NCBI GenBank assembly: GCA_963845185.1
Contig: CAWJRG010000009.1
Location: 673,782-737,781 of the forward strand
Source: an uncultured bacterium
Lineage (GTDB): Bacteria > Oederibacteriota > PGYV01 > CAWJRG01
Direction of reading: 5' to 3'
Length of the DNA stretch: 64,000 bases
Shown piece after piece: positions 28,059 through 38,073 of this stretch. Numbering within the stretch: the stretch's first letter is position 1; each line of letters opens with the position of its first letter. The position numbers were made by a program, and so were the translations under genes. The notes under the pieces were generated by a model that searched no databases, was not told the DNA's origin, and saw only the letters and a list, made by a program, of their open reading frames with translations.

Positions 28059-29072
28059 ATGTCTACTCACAAAAAAATCTTAATCTCAGTACTAATTTTA
28101 ATTGCAATTTTATTTACAATCACATGTTCAAAAAATTCTTCATCTTCTTCGGCGTCACCATCCGGCCCCAACCCGACACCGGTTATAACCCCGGTCCCTA
28201 CGGCCGGATATCCGTATTCGGATCTTGTACCTGCTTCCGGTGGCGCATTTACCCAGTCAGATACGTCTGGAAACAGTTTCTCCTCCACAGTCTCTGCTTT
28301 TAAAATAGGAAAGTATCAGGTGACCTATGATTTGTGGTACAAGGTACGACTTTGGACAGTTGCCAATGGATATACTTTTGCTTATTCAGGCCACGAAGGC
28401 AATACCGGGGCAGAAGGAGCAGTAACAACTACTGCAAAATACCTGCCGGTCACATATATAAGCTGGAGGGATGCCGTAGTATGGTGCAATGCATACAGCC
28501 AGATGACTGGGCTTACGCCTGTATACTGCACAGATTCAGGGTATGCCACGCCAATCAAGACTTCCATAGATGCAAGTTATGGCAGCAGTGTAGATACTGC
28601 TAACGGCAGTATTGATAATCCATACGTGAACTGGAACGCAAACGGATACAGGCTGCCTACGGAGAGCGAATATCAGTACGCGGCAAGTTACATAGACGGC
28701 ACAAACTGGACACCGTATAACTATGCCAGCGGTGCAGAAGATATCTACTCGGACATAGCAGCGACCAGTCTTGTAGCGTGGTTTTATAGCGATTGCTCCG
28801 ACATGCAGGCTGTGGGCTTGTTAAATGCAAACAAGCTTGGAATATATGATATGTCGGGAAATGTGCAGGAGTGGTGCTGGGATTGGTTTGGAACATATCC
28901 AACCACGGCTCAAACAGATTACAGGGGCCCTGCGAGCGGTTCTGCCCGCGCATTACGCGGCGGAAGCTATACTGATTACGCAGCAGCCATGGAGGTCGGC
29001 ATCCGTATAAGCAACGGCCCGTATAACTCGGGAAACCTGCTTCTCGGCTTCCGTGTTGCAAGGACGTATTAA
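28059..29072 (+). CDS. Lipoprotein with an FGE-sulfatase (SUMF1/EgtB-type) domain.
   Basis: Signal ...ILFTITCSKNSSS. Motifs SGNVQEWCWD and RALRGGSY...GFRVAR. Confidence 0.6.
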   Translation: MSTHKKILISVLILIAILFTITCSKNSSSSSASPSGPNPTPVITPVPTAGYPYSDLVPASGGAFTQSDTSGNSFSSTVSAFKIGKYQVTYDLWYKVRLWTVANGYTFAYSGHEGNTGAEGAVTTTAKYLPVTYISWRDAVVWCNAYSQMTGLTPVYCTDSGYATPIKTSIDASYGSSVDTANGSIDNPYVNWNANGYRLPTESEYQYAASYIDGTNWTPYNYASGAEDIYSDIAATSLVAWFYSDCSDMQAVGLLNANKLGIYDMSGNVQEWCWDWFGTYPTTAQTDYRGPASGSARALRGGSYTDYAAAMEVGIRISNGPYNSGNLLLGFRVARTY

Positions 29073-29115
29073 AAAGAAACGCGATATTTATCAATCTAAT
29101 GCGAGGTAAAAAATG

Positions 29116-29916
29116 ATGAAAAAAATCTTAATCCCTGTTTTTATTTTAATTGCAATCTTGTTTACAATCACATGTTCAAAAAAGAAATCCAGCCCATCCG
29201 GGCCGGGCGGGGGCAGCAATAACGGGAACCGCTTAAGCAAAGTTATGTTTTATGATTCTTCGTCCACGCTACAGGACTACGAGACTTTTAGTTATGACAG
29301 TAACGGGAACCTTTTGCAAATGTCGGGTTACAGCCCGTCTGACGCGCTTGTAAGCTACGCGACTTTTAATTATAATACAAACAGCAGGCTTACGCAATGT
29401 TCAGTTTATGACGCTTCCAATGTATTGCAGAGTTATTACACAATCTCATACGGCGCAGGCGGCAATGTGGCGCAGTCTTCGGATTATAATGCATCGTCCG
29501 TACTGCAGAATTACACGACATTTGACACGTATAACACAAACAACAAAGTTACACAAGAATCGTATTACGACGGCTCCGCTGTCTTGCAGTTTTATACCAC
29601 GTACCAATATAATAGCAGCAACAACCTGACGCAGTGGACAGAATACAATCCGTCAGCAGTCATGCAGGGCTACGACACATTTCAGTATGACTCAAGCGGA
29701 AAATGGGTGCAATATTCAGCCTTTAATTCGTCGTCCGCGCTGGCGCAATACGATACCCTGCAATACGACAGCAGCGGAAGGCTGTCTAACAGGTCTACAT
29801 ATAACGCCTCTAACGCACTGCAAAATTACAAAACTTTCACCTACGAGCAGGGCGCATATAATACAAATAGTTATTTTGATTTTTCAACACCGGGAAATTT
29901 TTGCGTCACATTTTAA
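29116..29916 (+). CDS. Lipoprotein with ~22-aa tandem repeats (Y.ASNVLQSY).
   Basis: Signal MKKILIPVFILIAILFTITCSKKKSS. Confidence 0.5.
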   Translation: MKKILIPVFILIAILFTITCSKKKSSPSGPGGGSNNGNRLSKVMFYDSSSTLQDYETFSYDSNGNLLQMSGYSPSDALVSYATFNYNTNSRLTQCSVYDASNVLQSYYTISYGAGGNVAQSSDYNASSVLQNYTTFDTYNTNNKVTQESYYDGSAVLQFYTTYQYNSSNNLTQWTEYNPSAVMQGYDTFQYDSSGKWVQYSAFNSSSALAQYDTLQYDSSGRLSNRSTYNASNALQNYKTFTYEQGAYNTNSYFDFSTPGNFCVTF

Positions 29917-30075
29917 TTTTTTTTAAATGCAAAGATTTACCGGAAATAAAATCCGGAAAGTATCCGCGGCGTGAATGCCGGGACTGAACGGACATACATA
30001 CGGCAATTACTGACAAAATTATAACCCGGGGATATACTTGTAATCAGTTTTAATTTTTAATTTGGTATGGAGGTA

Positions 30076-30906
30076 ATTATGAAAAAAATCCTGATTACAT
30101 CATTAATCCCTGCATTAATTTTTGCTGCAATTACCTGCAGAAAGACTTCTCCGCCTGCTTTTCCTGCGGCAACAAATACTCCAAATGCCGGGCAGACAGT
30201 GGAGGCAGTATTGACTGCGGACGCAATCCCATACTCCACCCAGACGCAGATTGCAAAATTATATACGCCGACTGTTACCGTGACAATGACGGCGACGCCG
30301 AACATGACGCAGACAATAGGCGCGATACTTACGGCCGTAGGCGCAGGCAATGCTTCGGCAACTGCCGTTGCCGGTTTATACACGCCTACAATTACCGGCA
30401 CAGGCACGCAGACTCCAAATACAACATTGACGGTCCAGGCAATATTGACAGCCGTGGGGGCGGGCAATGAGACAGCCACGCAAGCGGCGCAAATGACCCA
30501 GACTGCGGCAGCTGTTTTATGGACTCCAACAAGCACGGCAACCATTACCGCAACAATAAGCGGATTACAACAAACAGCAACAGTCCTGGCGCAGGAAACA
30601 GCGACCATGACCGCAATGTTTGTTATCGGGCTTGGCAGTTCTGCGCCGTACCCCGGAACCTTTAACGGGCAGTTTCAAAATCCTTCGGGCGTGGCATTGG
30701 ACAGCAGCGGAAACGTATATGTTGCTGACACGCTGAATTACAGAATCGAGGAATTCAACAATGCAGGCACGTATATTACCCAATGGGGCAGTTCCGGAAA
30801 CGGCATAGGGCAGTTTTACCAGCCCCGGGGTATAGCAGCAGACAGCAGCGGCAACGTATATGTTGCAGACGAGGGCAACAGCAGGATCGAAGTATTCCAT
30901 CCGTAA
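30076..30906 (+). CDS. Lipoprotein with a Thr-rich linker and two NHL repeats.
   Basis: Signal ...IFAAITCRKTS. Contains SSGNVYVADTLNYRIEEF. Confidence 0.55.
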   Translation: MMKKILITSLIPALIFAAITCRKTSPPAFPAATNTPNAGQTVEAVLTADAIPYSTQTQIAKLYTPTVTVTMTATPNMTQTIGAILTAVGAGNASATAVAGLYTPTITGTGTQTPNTTLTVQAILTAVGAGNETATQAAQMTQTAAAVLWTPTSTATITATISGLQQTATVLAQETATMTAMFVIGLGSSAPYPGTFNGQFQNPSGVALDSSGNVYVADTLNYRIEEFNNAGTYITQWGSSGNGIGQFYQPRGIAADSSGNVYVADEGNSRIEVFHP

Positions 30907-31004
30907 AATAATTGGTATTTAGGAATTGTCAATGCTGAATTTAGGTAGTAAAATAACCCTGATTAAAGCAGTCAGTTGAAAATTTACAGAATATGGAGGG
31001 AATC

Positions 31005-33716
31005 ATGAGTAAAATTTCCGCTAAAATCGGGATTGGCAAGACTGCAAAAATAATCTTATCCGGGTTTATATTTCTGGTCTTATTAAATTACAGCCTGCAT
31101 GCAGCAGTTATCTGCACGCCACAATCTGCGGTTATTTGCGCGGCTGTCGACGATATTGCAGACATTTATGTCAACGGCATATACCTGGGGACTTTCGGGT
31201 ACGTGGACATGAGCATGACAGGCCAGGCGTCTCCCACATGCATGAGCCTGAATACGGCACAGCTTACGCCGCTAAACCTGGTGCCGACGGGAAATATTCT
31301 GGCAGTGCATGACCAGAACACTGGCTGCTGCGAAATGTGGGCAACCTGGTCAATGGATATCACATGCCAGGGCGGCGCGCACAGTTACGTGGAGAGCGAC
31401 AGCGGCGATGGAATTGATTATTTTGAGGATGCAAACGCATGCTGTAATCCAACGCCGGTTCCGGTGGGTACGGAAATATCCTGCGATTTAGGCCCGAACG
31501 ACGGGACTTACACGTGGACAGACCCAAATTATACAGAATCAGGCTGGTCGCCTGCTTCAGGCATAGTTTATACCGGTATCGGATACGGCCAAAAAACAGA
31601 CTCTTTTCAGTTCAACAACGTTATGCCGCCCCTGGGATTTGGCGGCATTGCGGCCGGGTGCCAGCAGATATTTTTCAGGCAGGCGTTTAACCTGAACGAA
31701 ATGCCAACGCCGGCGCCGCCGAATTTAACAATAACAGAAACATCGGACAAGACCTTTGTAACAGGGCCGAATGATATAGTGAGTTTTTCTCTCCATATAT
31801 GCAACACAGGCGGAGGAACGACAAACCCTGTCGCAACAGTTGACAGCTGGACTGATACAATGAGCGCCTGGCAGTACCAGGGGCCGTGGGGCATTTTAAG
31901 CGGCTCTTCCAACGGATTTTATTATGGAAATATTTCCGGGGGCGCTGCGAACGGGCCGCCTGCTGTTCCAATAATTTTTGACAACGGGTTCCCGGGCGTT
32001 ACCTGCACCGGATGCAACACGCCCTGTTATGATTATACATGGATGCTGGAATCATGGAACATTGCTTCATGCGTCGGCTGGTACAATAGCGTCACTTTGA
32101 CATGGCAGACAGGGTCTGCAAGCAGCGGCACAGAAATAGATAATTTCTGCCCGACATACATACCTACAGTGACGCAGACAATAACACTTACATGCACATA
32201 TACGCCAAACATGGACACGCCAACCCAGACTCCAACCATCACTCCGGTGCTTGACTGTGTTTTCTATCATATAGACCGGTCAGCTGTGCCTGCAATGGTA
32301 TTCATGCCAAAACTCACCTTATTGGCAAATATCGGCGATTGTGATTCGTGCACTGTGTATGTGGACGGCGTGCCGGTGTCATCAACATATACGGCATCCA
32401 CCAGGGTAGTAATGTTCACGGCGTACGGCACAGATATAATTATTTCAAGGAGCAATTACATAGGCAACGCGACATACGCCATAACAAAAGCAACTTTGTA
32501 TAACAACAAAAAATGGGCTTATTCTTTTACCTTCGACGACTGCAGGCCGACCACCAGAACTGTCGTACTCCCCATGTTCCAGACTTATGGGTACATCGGC
32601 GGGTCTGCGCTTAATACAGGGAATATGGCCCCGACTACCGATGGCTACGGTATGAGCTGGGCGAGCGCAGACATACTGCGCGCAGCCGGCTGGAGCTTTT
32701 TTGACCATACCGTCAACCACGATAATGTAACCTGCAGCAATATAAGTACACAGGTCCTGCCTGTCAAAAGCGCTATTGAGGCGAGATGGCCCGGATACCT
32801 GTGCACGGAATTTGTCTACCCATACTGCGACACGACATACTGGACATGCATAGCTAATTCAGGGCTTTTTCTTTCGGCCGAAAGCTGCCCAGGCAACAAT
32901 TATGCCGACATAGTGCCGCCGAATCCCTATATACTGAACAGGAACATATTATGTGCGGCAGGGAACCTAACCACTACTGCCCTGGCAAACGCGGCCGCGG
33001 ATAACGCAGCAAACGACACGCGGTCCAGGTGGCTGATAAACTTTACCCATTATGTCGAGCCGGGCAACGGCACTCCGCCGACTACATACGACACAAACGA
33101 AGCGACCCTGGGCGCGCACATTGCCTATGTTTACAATACCTACGGCGAGGGCGGTTTGAACAACATGTGGTTCGCGCCGACCGACGAGGTCATGCAGTAT
33201 ATACTAACAAGGACAAATGCCGTGGTAAGTTTTCTTAGTACAGGCCAGTGCGGTATAATAATGCCGGCATCGCCGACCAATACGCCGGTGAATACAATGA
33301 CAAGTACGCCTGTTTTGCCAACGGCGACTTTCACGAAAACGCCAATAATAAGCCCGACAATTACCGAAACAGCAACAGCAACGGCAGCCCAGACAGCTGC
33401 GGCGGGCAGGTTTGCAATCACAGATACTGTCATTTTTCCAAATCCGTATAACCCGGAGAAAAATTATTATTTCAATATCAAAATTGACCTTGCGAAGCCG
33501 GCCAGCCAGCTGAAAATAAGGATATATACGGCCGCGTTCAGGCGGGTAATGGAAGAATGCGAGGATGGCCTGTTTTCCGGCCTGTATACTTCAACACTGC
33601 CCTGGTGGAAATTTTCAAACCTGTCGCCGGGAATGTATTACCTGGTGATTTTGGGCGAGTCAACAAGCGGGGAAAAGGCAATATCAAATCCTGTCGAGCT
33701 GATAATTTTAAAATAG
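31005..33716 (+). CDS. Large secreted protein of about 900 aa with a T9SS/FlgD-Ig-like C-terminal domain.
   Basis: N-terminal hydrophobic signal. C-terminus reads FPNPYNPEKNYYFNIKIDLAKPASQLKIRIY. Confidence 0.55.
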   Translation: MSKISAKIGIGKTAKIILSGFIFLVLLNYSLHAAVICTPQSAVICAAVDDIADIYVNGIYLGTFGYVDMSMTGQASPTCMSLNTAQLTPLNLVPTGNILAVHDQNTGCCEMWATWSMDITCQGGAHSYVESDSGDGIDYFEDANACCNPTPVPVGTEISCDLGPNDGTYTWTDPNYTESGWSPASGIVYTGIGYGQKTDSFQFNNVMPPLGFGGIAAGCQQIFFRQAFNLNEMPTPAPPNLTITETSDKTFVTGPNDIVSFSLHICNTGGGTTNPVATVDSWTDTMSAWQYQGPWGILSGSSNGFYYGNISGGAANGPPAVPIIFDNGFPGVTCTGCNTPCYDYTWMLESWNIASCVGWYNSVTLTWQTGSASSGTEIDNFCPTYIPTVTQTITLTCTYTPNMDTPTQTPTITPVLDCVFYHIDRSAVPAMVFMPKLTLLANIGDCDSCTVYVDGVPVSSTYTASTRVVMFTAYGTDIIISRSNYIGNATYAITKATLYNNKKWAYSFTFDDCRPTTRTVVLPMFQTYGYIGGSALNTGNMAPTTDGYGMSWASADILRAAGWSFFDHTVNHDNVTCSNISTQVLPVKSAIEARWPGYLCTEFVYPYCDTTYWTCIANSGLFLSAESCPGNNYADIVPPNPYILNRNILCAAGNLTTTALANAAADNAANDTRSRWLINFTHYVEPGNGTPPTTYDTNEATLGAHIAYVYNTYGEGGLNNMWFAPTDEVMQYILTRTNAVVSFLSTGQCGIIMPASPTNTPVNTMTSTPVLPTATFTKTPIISPTITETATATAAQTAAAGRFAITDTVIFPNPYNPEKNYYFNIKIDLAKPASQLKIRIYTAAFRRVMEECEDGLFSGLYTSTLPWWKFSNLSPGMYYLVILGESTSGEKAISNPVELIILK

Positions 33717-33807
33717 TATTTGTATATTGATAATTGAGAATTAGTAAAGGTTTTCGGTTCGGCAAAACAAACGCTAGAAGTTGTCAATTTTCAATGAAGG
33801 AGATTTA

Positions 33808-34164
33808 ATGAAAAAGTTTGGTTTTGTTTTTTTATGGCTGTTGATTCTTGTTTCTTTTGCGGTTTGCGCGGATGCAGGCGGAAATACCATAAATGCGGAG
33901 GCTGCTAAACCGGAATTACTATATCCAAACCTTAATTATTTTCTCGGGATGAATATAGGTATTACGGGCGATGATAAAATATACAGCACCAATGACCCTG
34001 CTATAGAACCGCTATTAATGAGTACTTCAAAAGGAAAAGAATACCTTGAGCACTATTATTTTAAAAATACATTCGGAGTTATTATGTCGCTCAGTTCAAT
34101 CGCGGATATTATTGCTCAATTCAATTATATGGGAACTCATGTCAACAGCCCCCGGACAAAATGA
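33808..34164 (+). CDS. Small secreted protein.
   Basis: Signal MKKFGFVFLWLLILVSFAVCADA with an RBS reading GAAGGAG. Confidence 0.4.
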   Translation: MKKFGFVFLWLLILVSFAVCADAGGNTINAEAAKPELLYPNLNYFLGMNIGITGDDKIYSTNDPAIEPLLMSTSKGKEYLEHYYFKNTFGVIMSLSSIADIIAQFNYMGTHVNSPRTK

Positions 34165-34415
34165 CAGCAACAATAACTGTATCAGCTATGTTGTTGGGTA
34201 TTATCGGCTGTGTTACAGCTCCATGGATTATAGATTCGTCATATAATGACCTTTATAAGAGCATAAATGAATATAACCTGACAGTCTCCTGCGGGAAAGA
34301 GACAAAGGCTGTTATAAAGAAGGAAATAAAATTTTAATCATTCGCTCAGGAGATTAACAAAGGCAGGGATCAAGCAGATTTTTATATTGTCAATTTTCAG
34401 TTGAGGTGATCAATC

Positions 34416-35186
34416 ATGTTCAAAAAAATCATATGCATTGCAATATTATTGTTTAGTTTTGCCGGATTCGGCTGTGAACCGGCGGGACCGCCGAAAACCA
34501 TACTTTTCATCGGCAACAGCTTCACCTACGTTAATGATTTGCCAGGTTTATTTACCAAACTGGCGCGCTCAGGCGGGAAACTGGTGGCTGCAGGAATGGT
34601 TGCGCCCGGAGGATACAAGCTCATTCAGCACGTTAACGACGGGAATACCATTCAAAAACTAAACTCGCAGAAATGGGACATGGTGGTTTTGCAGGAGCAA
34701 AGCCAGACACCGGCTATTGAGGATGATAAATACGACATCATGTACCCGGCCATACGCAGTTTTAATGAAATGATACGCAAGGCAGGTGCAGTGCCGATTC
34801 TTTACCTGACCTGGGGCCGCAAAAATGGCGACACTGAGTTAGGCTACAGCGACTATGCTTCCATGCAGGACAGCCTAACAAAGGGCTACATGGACATCGC
34901 ACAGGAGCTTTCTATTGAGGTGTCACCGGTCGGGGCCGCCTGGAAAACAGCGCATGAGCGCCGGCCCGAGCTGGAGCTCTGGGCAGGTGACGGAGTACAC
35001 CCCAGCCTGGCAGGTTCCTATCTCGCGGCCTGTGTTTTTTACGCGGTCATCTATAAAAAAAGCCCTGAAGGTTTGGGTTTTAAGGCAGGCTTGGATGTGG
35101 ACACAGCTTCGTTTTTACAGACAGTCGCGTCGGAAACTGTCCTGACCGATACAAAAAAGTGGCTTATTCCCGAAGAAGGGAAATAA
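34416..35186 (+). CDS. Secreted SGNH/DUF4886-like hydrolase.
   Basis: Signal peptide present. Reads ILFIGNSFTYVNDLPGLF. Confidence 0.45.
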   Translation: MFKKIICIAILLFSFAGFGCEPAGPPKTILFIGNSFTYVNDLPGLFTKLARSGGKLVAAGMVAPGGYKLIQHVNDGNTIQKLNSQKWDMVVLQEQSQTPAIEDDKYDIMYPAIRSFNEMIRKAGAVPILYLTWGRKNGDTELGYSDYASMQDSLTKGYMDIAQELSIEVSPVGAAWKTAHERRPELELWAGDGVHPSLAGSYLAACVFYAVIYKKSPEGLGFKAGLDVDTASFLQTVASETVLTDTKKWLIPEEGK

Positions 35187-35199
35187 TAAATTTTCAATT

Positions 35200-35772
35200 T
35201 TGCTAATCAGGAAAAATTCCGCAACCTTTTTCATATTATTCCGTTATATTGATAGTGTCGGAAAACCCGGAGCGACTGAACCAATGGATTTAAAAAATAT
35301 TACTAAAAAAGGTAATGAAGGAGTATTTGACTCGAAGAACTTGGCCCTTTTTTCGTATTGTCGCCAAAACCCTATGATAATAATTGATCCAGATGGCAGA
35401 AGTGGTTTAAGTTTATGGGGTAATGTACCTATTGCACCGCTTGTCGATGTTACTTTGGGCCCGGTTTTTTCTGAAGAAGGAATTGCACTGAAAGTAGGAA
35501 TATCTCTTGGTCTTGAAACTCCATTTGGGAGTAGTCTTGATTTAGATAAATTTATGCCTGGATTTAATTCGGATTTTTCATTACTAGGAAAATTTGATGC
35601 TAAAGGAAAATTTACAGGAATTAATTTATTAGCTGCAGGTTGGGAATTGAGTTATACCACCCCTGCTATATCGTGGCAAGAAGTTAAAGAACTTCAACAT
35701 CCGTTAACAACAGGATCTCGACTTACGGGTCCAGATTTATCTCCTGACGTTGAAGATAAACAATTCTGGTAA
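35200..35772 (+). CDS. Orphan Rhs/YD-repeat C-terminal tip. Only the last ~30 residues of the core (YC.QNP...DPDG cleavage motif) are present, followed by a ~140-aa toxin-like domain of unknown type. The start is uncertain, possibly the ATG at 35284.
   Basis: Reads NLALFSYCRQNPMIIIDPDGRSG with no Rhs repeats upstream. The preceding gene ends at 35186. Confidence 0.5.
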   Translation: MLIRKNSATFFILFRYIDSVGKPGATEPMDLKNITKKGNEGVFDSKNLALFSYCRQNPMIIIDPDGRSGLSLWGNVPIAPLVDVTLGPVFSEEGIALKVGISLGLETPFGSSLDLDKFMPGFNSDFSLLGKFDAKGKFTGINLLAAGWELSYTTPAISWQEVKELQHPLTTGSRLTGPDLSPDVEDKQFW

Positions 35773-35800
35773 GGAGGTATTGCAATATGGAGAACTATTC

Positions 35801-36091
35801 ATGAATATTTTTAAATGGGTAACGATTATAGTCGTATTGAGCTGGTCTTTTTTATTATTTTTTTTAAATAAGATAATTGCTAGAGCATATATAAATTTCC
35901 AGGTAAACACTATTTTTAGAGGTTTGTTTGTTACGTATTTTATTAAAAAGTATGGTTTTGAAAAAGCAAAAATTATATTATCAAGCGATAATAATATTTT
36001 AATGAAGATTTATCGATTTGATAATATATTTGTTTCTATAGCATCTTTGTTGTGTTTAATATATGTTTGTGTTTTTTTAAATAAAATTTAA
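35801..36091 (+). CDS. Putative immunity protein for the Rhs tip. Small hydrophobic protein.
   Basis: 96 aa immediately downstream of the toxin tip. AT-rich, with an atypical composition. Confidence 0.35.
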   Translation: MNIFKWVTIIVVLSWSFLLFFLNKIIARAYINFQVNTIFRGLFVTYFIKKYGFEKAKIILSSDNNILMKIYRFDNIFVSIASLLCLIYVCVFLNKI

Positions 36092-36139
36092 AGTTTGTTG
36101 ATAATATTTGTTAAAATATTCGCAGATAGTTTTAAAAAC

Positions 36140-36241
36140 TGATACCGCTTGTCGGGACCTGCGGCCCGGACTTGAGCGGGTATAAGATTCCGTAGGCGTT
36201 TGATAAAACCAAACGCAACGGCATCTAACAAGGAGGCTGAC
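36140..36241 (+). repeat. Leader-element copy K, placed immediately upstream of the transposase start codon.
   Basis: Reads gataccgcttgtcgggacctgcggcccggacttgagcgggtataagattccgtaggcgtttgataaaaccaaacgcaacggcatctaacAAGGAGGctgacATG. Confidence 0.7.
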
Positions 36242-37834
36242 ATGATAAGAAAAGGCAGTAAACAAAGCTCTTTTCTTGACGCTGACTACATCTGCGAGCG
36301 GCTTGTGCCACAGGACAGTTTTTACCGTAAATTCAAGGAGCTTGTAATGCCGTTAATCAAAGACGAGAATTTTGATTCCATGTACTGCAGGGACAACGGC
36401 AGGCCCGCAATATCACCCGCATTGCTCGCGATAGCCTGTATTTTGCAGTTCTACTGCGGCTTATCCGACCGGGAAATGGAAGAAGCCTGCATGTACGACA
36501 TCCGTATAAAGCATGTTCTCGGAGTAGGCATAGACGAGAGGCCTTTTGACCACTCATCGCTCGGCGACTTCCGGCAGCGTTTGCTTGAAAACGGAAAAGA
36601 AAAAGACATATTCGACAGGATTGTCCAGCACCTTGTGGATAAAAAGCTGATAAAGAAAGACGAAATCCAGCGCATTGATACTACGCATGTAATAGCGGAT
36701 ATTGCCATCCCTTCCATGATAGCAATGGTCAAAAAAGGCGTATATGAAATATTCAAGATAATCAGGAAGCAAAACAAAGATGTGTACAACACGATAAAAA
36801 AGCGGATACATATATCCGAATACAAAAGAGAGACGATTAACCAGAATATGCCGGGCAGGTTCGACCTGGAGAAACGCAAGAAAAAGCTTGTGCGGACAAT
36901 AGCTGAGGCAAAAATAGTATTAAGGTACATTGAAAGACTGGAAATGAGCGCAGAACTAAAAAGCAAGGTGGATATATTAAAACAGATACTTTTGGAAAAT
37001 ACAAAGGAGGATAAAAGAGGCAGACTGGTGGAAATGGAGAATAAAGAAAAACCAACAAACAGGATGATATCGCCCATTGACCCGGAGGCAAGGTGCGGGG
37101 CAAAGTCAAAAACCATGAGGTTTTACGGTTACAAAGCGAATGTAACAGAAACAGTAAACAGCCGTTTTATCACGAACATAATGGCTATGGTCGGCAATGC
37201 CCCAGACGGTTCGAAAACTGTGGAAATGGTGATGGAGCAGGAGGAACATAAAATAAAGCCGGTTAAGTTGATAGGTGACGCGGCTTACAGCAACGGAGAG
37301 AAGCGGAAAGAACTGCTTAAATACGGGACACAGATTGTGGCACCAATGAGAAACAAGACAGGCAGAGCCCAGCATATATTCCCGAAGAACATGTTTAAGT
37401 ACGATGAAGAAAAACAGACTTTGACATGCCCGAACGGTGTTGTGACCAAAAGAACCACCCTTGACAGGCTGCACGACGCTATAACGTATCACTTTCCGGT
37501 TTATGAATGCGAGATATGCGACCTGCAGGCAAGGTGCACGAATAGCGGTGAAGAAAGAAGAACCGTAGGCATTACAAGCTGGCATGATGTGCTGTTAAAA
37601 ACCGAAAAATATAACAGGACAAAACAATACCAGAAAGACATGAAACTGCGCCAGCCCATAGAAGGCAGCATGTCTGAGATGAAAGAATATCACAAGATGA
37701 TAAGGGCGCGATACCGCGGATTACAGAAAGTCGGATTGCAGTTTTACTTCACGGCAGCCGCAGTAAATATAAAACGCTGGATTAAAGTAATACTTGAGAA
37801 AGTGAAGCCAAAGCGGGTTTTGTGTCCGGCCTGA
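36242..37834 (+). CDS. IS1182-family (IS5-superfamily DDE) transposase.
   Basis: 530 aa. The N-terminal DUF4096-like region reads ISPALLAIACILQFYCGLSDREMEEACMYDIRIKHVLG. No obvious terminal inverted repeats were found. Confidence 0.65.
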   Translation: MIRKGSKQSSFLDADYICERLVPQDSFYRKFKELVMPLIKDENFDSMYCRDNGRPAISPALLAIACILQFYCGLSDREMEEACMYDIRIKHVLGVGIDERPFDHSSLGDFRQRLLENGKEKDIFDRIVQHLVDKKLIKKDEIQRIDTTHVIADIAIPSMIAMVKKGVYEIFKIIRKQNKDVYNTIKKRIHISEYKRETINQNMPGRFDLEKRKKKLVRTIAEAKIVLRYIERLEMSAELKSKVDILKQILLENTKEDKRGRLVEMENKEKPTNRMISPIDPEARCGAKSKTMRFYGYKANVTETVNSRFITNIMAMVGNAPDGSKTVEMVMEQEEHKIKPVKLIGDAAYSNGEKRKELLKYGTQIVAPMRNKTGRAQHIFPKNMFKYDEEKQTLTCPNGVVTKRTTLDRLHDAITYHFPVYECEICDLQARCTNSGEERRTVGITSWHDVLLKTEKYNRTKQYQKDMKLRQPIEGSMSEMKEYHKMIRARYRGLQKVGLQFYFTAAAVNIKRWIKVILEKVKPKRVLCPA

Positions 37835-38006
37835 GCGAGAAAGCAGTAGGAAAATAAGGGAATAAAAAAAGCAAGCGAAGGCGAAATGGAGAAAACGGAA
37901 TGAACGAAGCAGTTGAAGTAAAGATTGAAGAAGAGGAAGCGGGCAAGAAAAGAATCCGGGAAACCCGGAATGAAAAAGCTATGCCTTTAAAACACACAGC
38001 TGAAAT

Positions 38007-38030
38007 AAACCCCTTTTTTAGAGGGGTTTT
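38007..38030 (+). terminator. Rho-independent terminator.
   Basis: Reads aaacccct-tttttag-aggggtttt followed by a T-run. Confidence 0.6.
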
Positions 38031-38073
38031 CCGACGGTATCATATTATATATAATCCATATTGGAGGCTTTTA

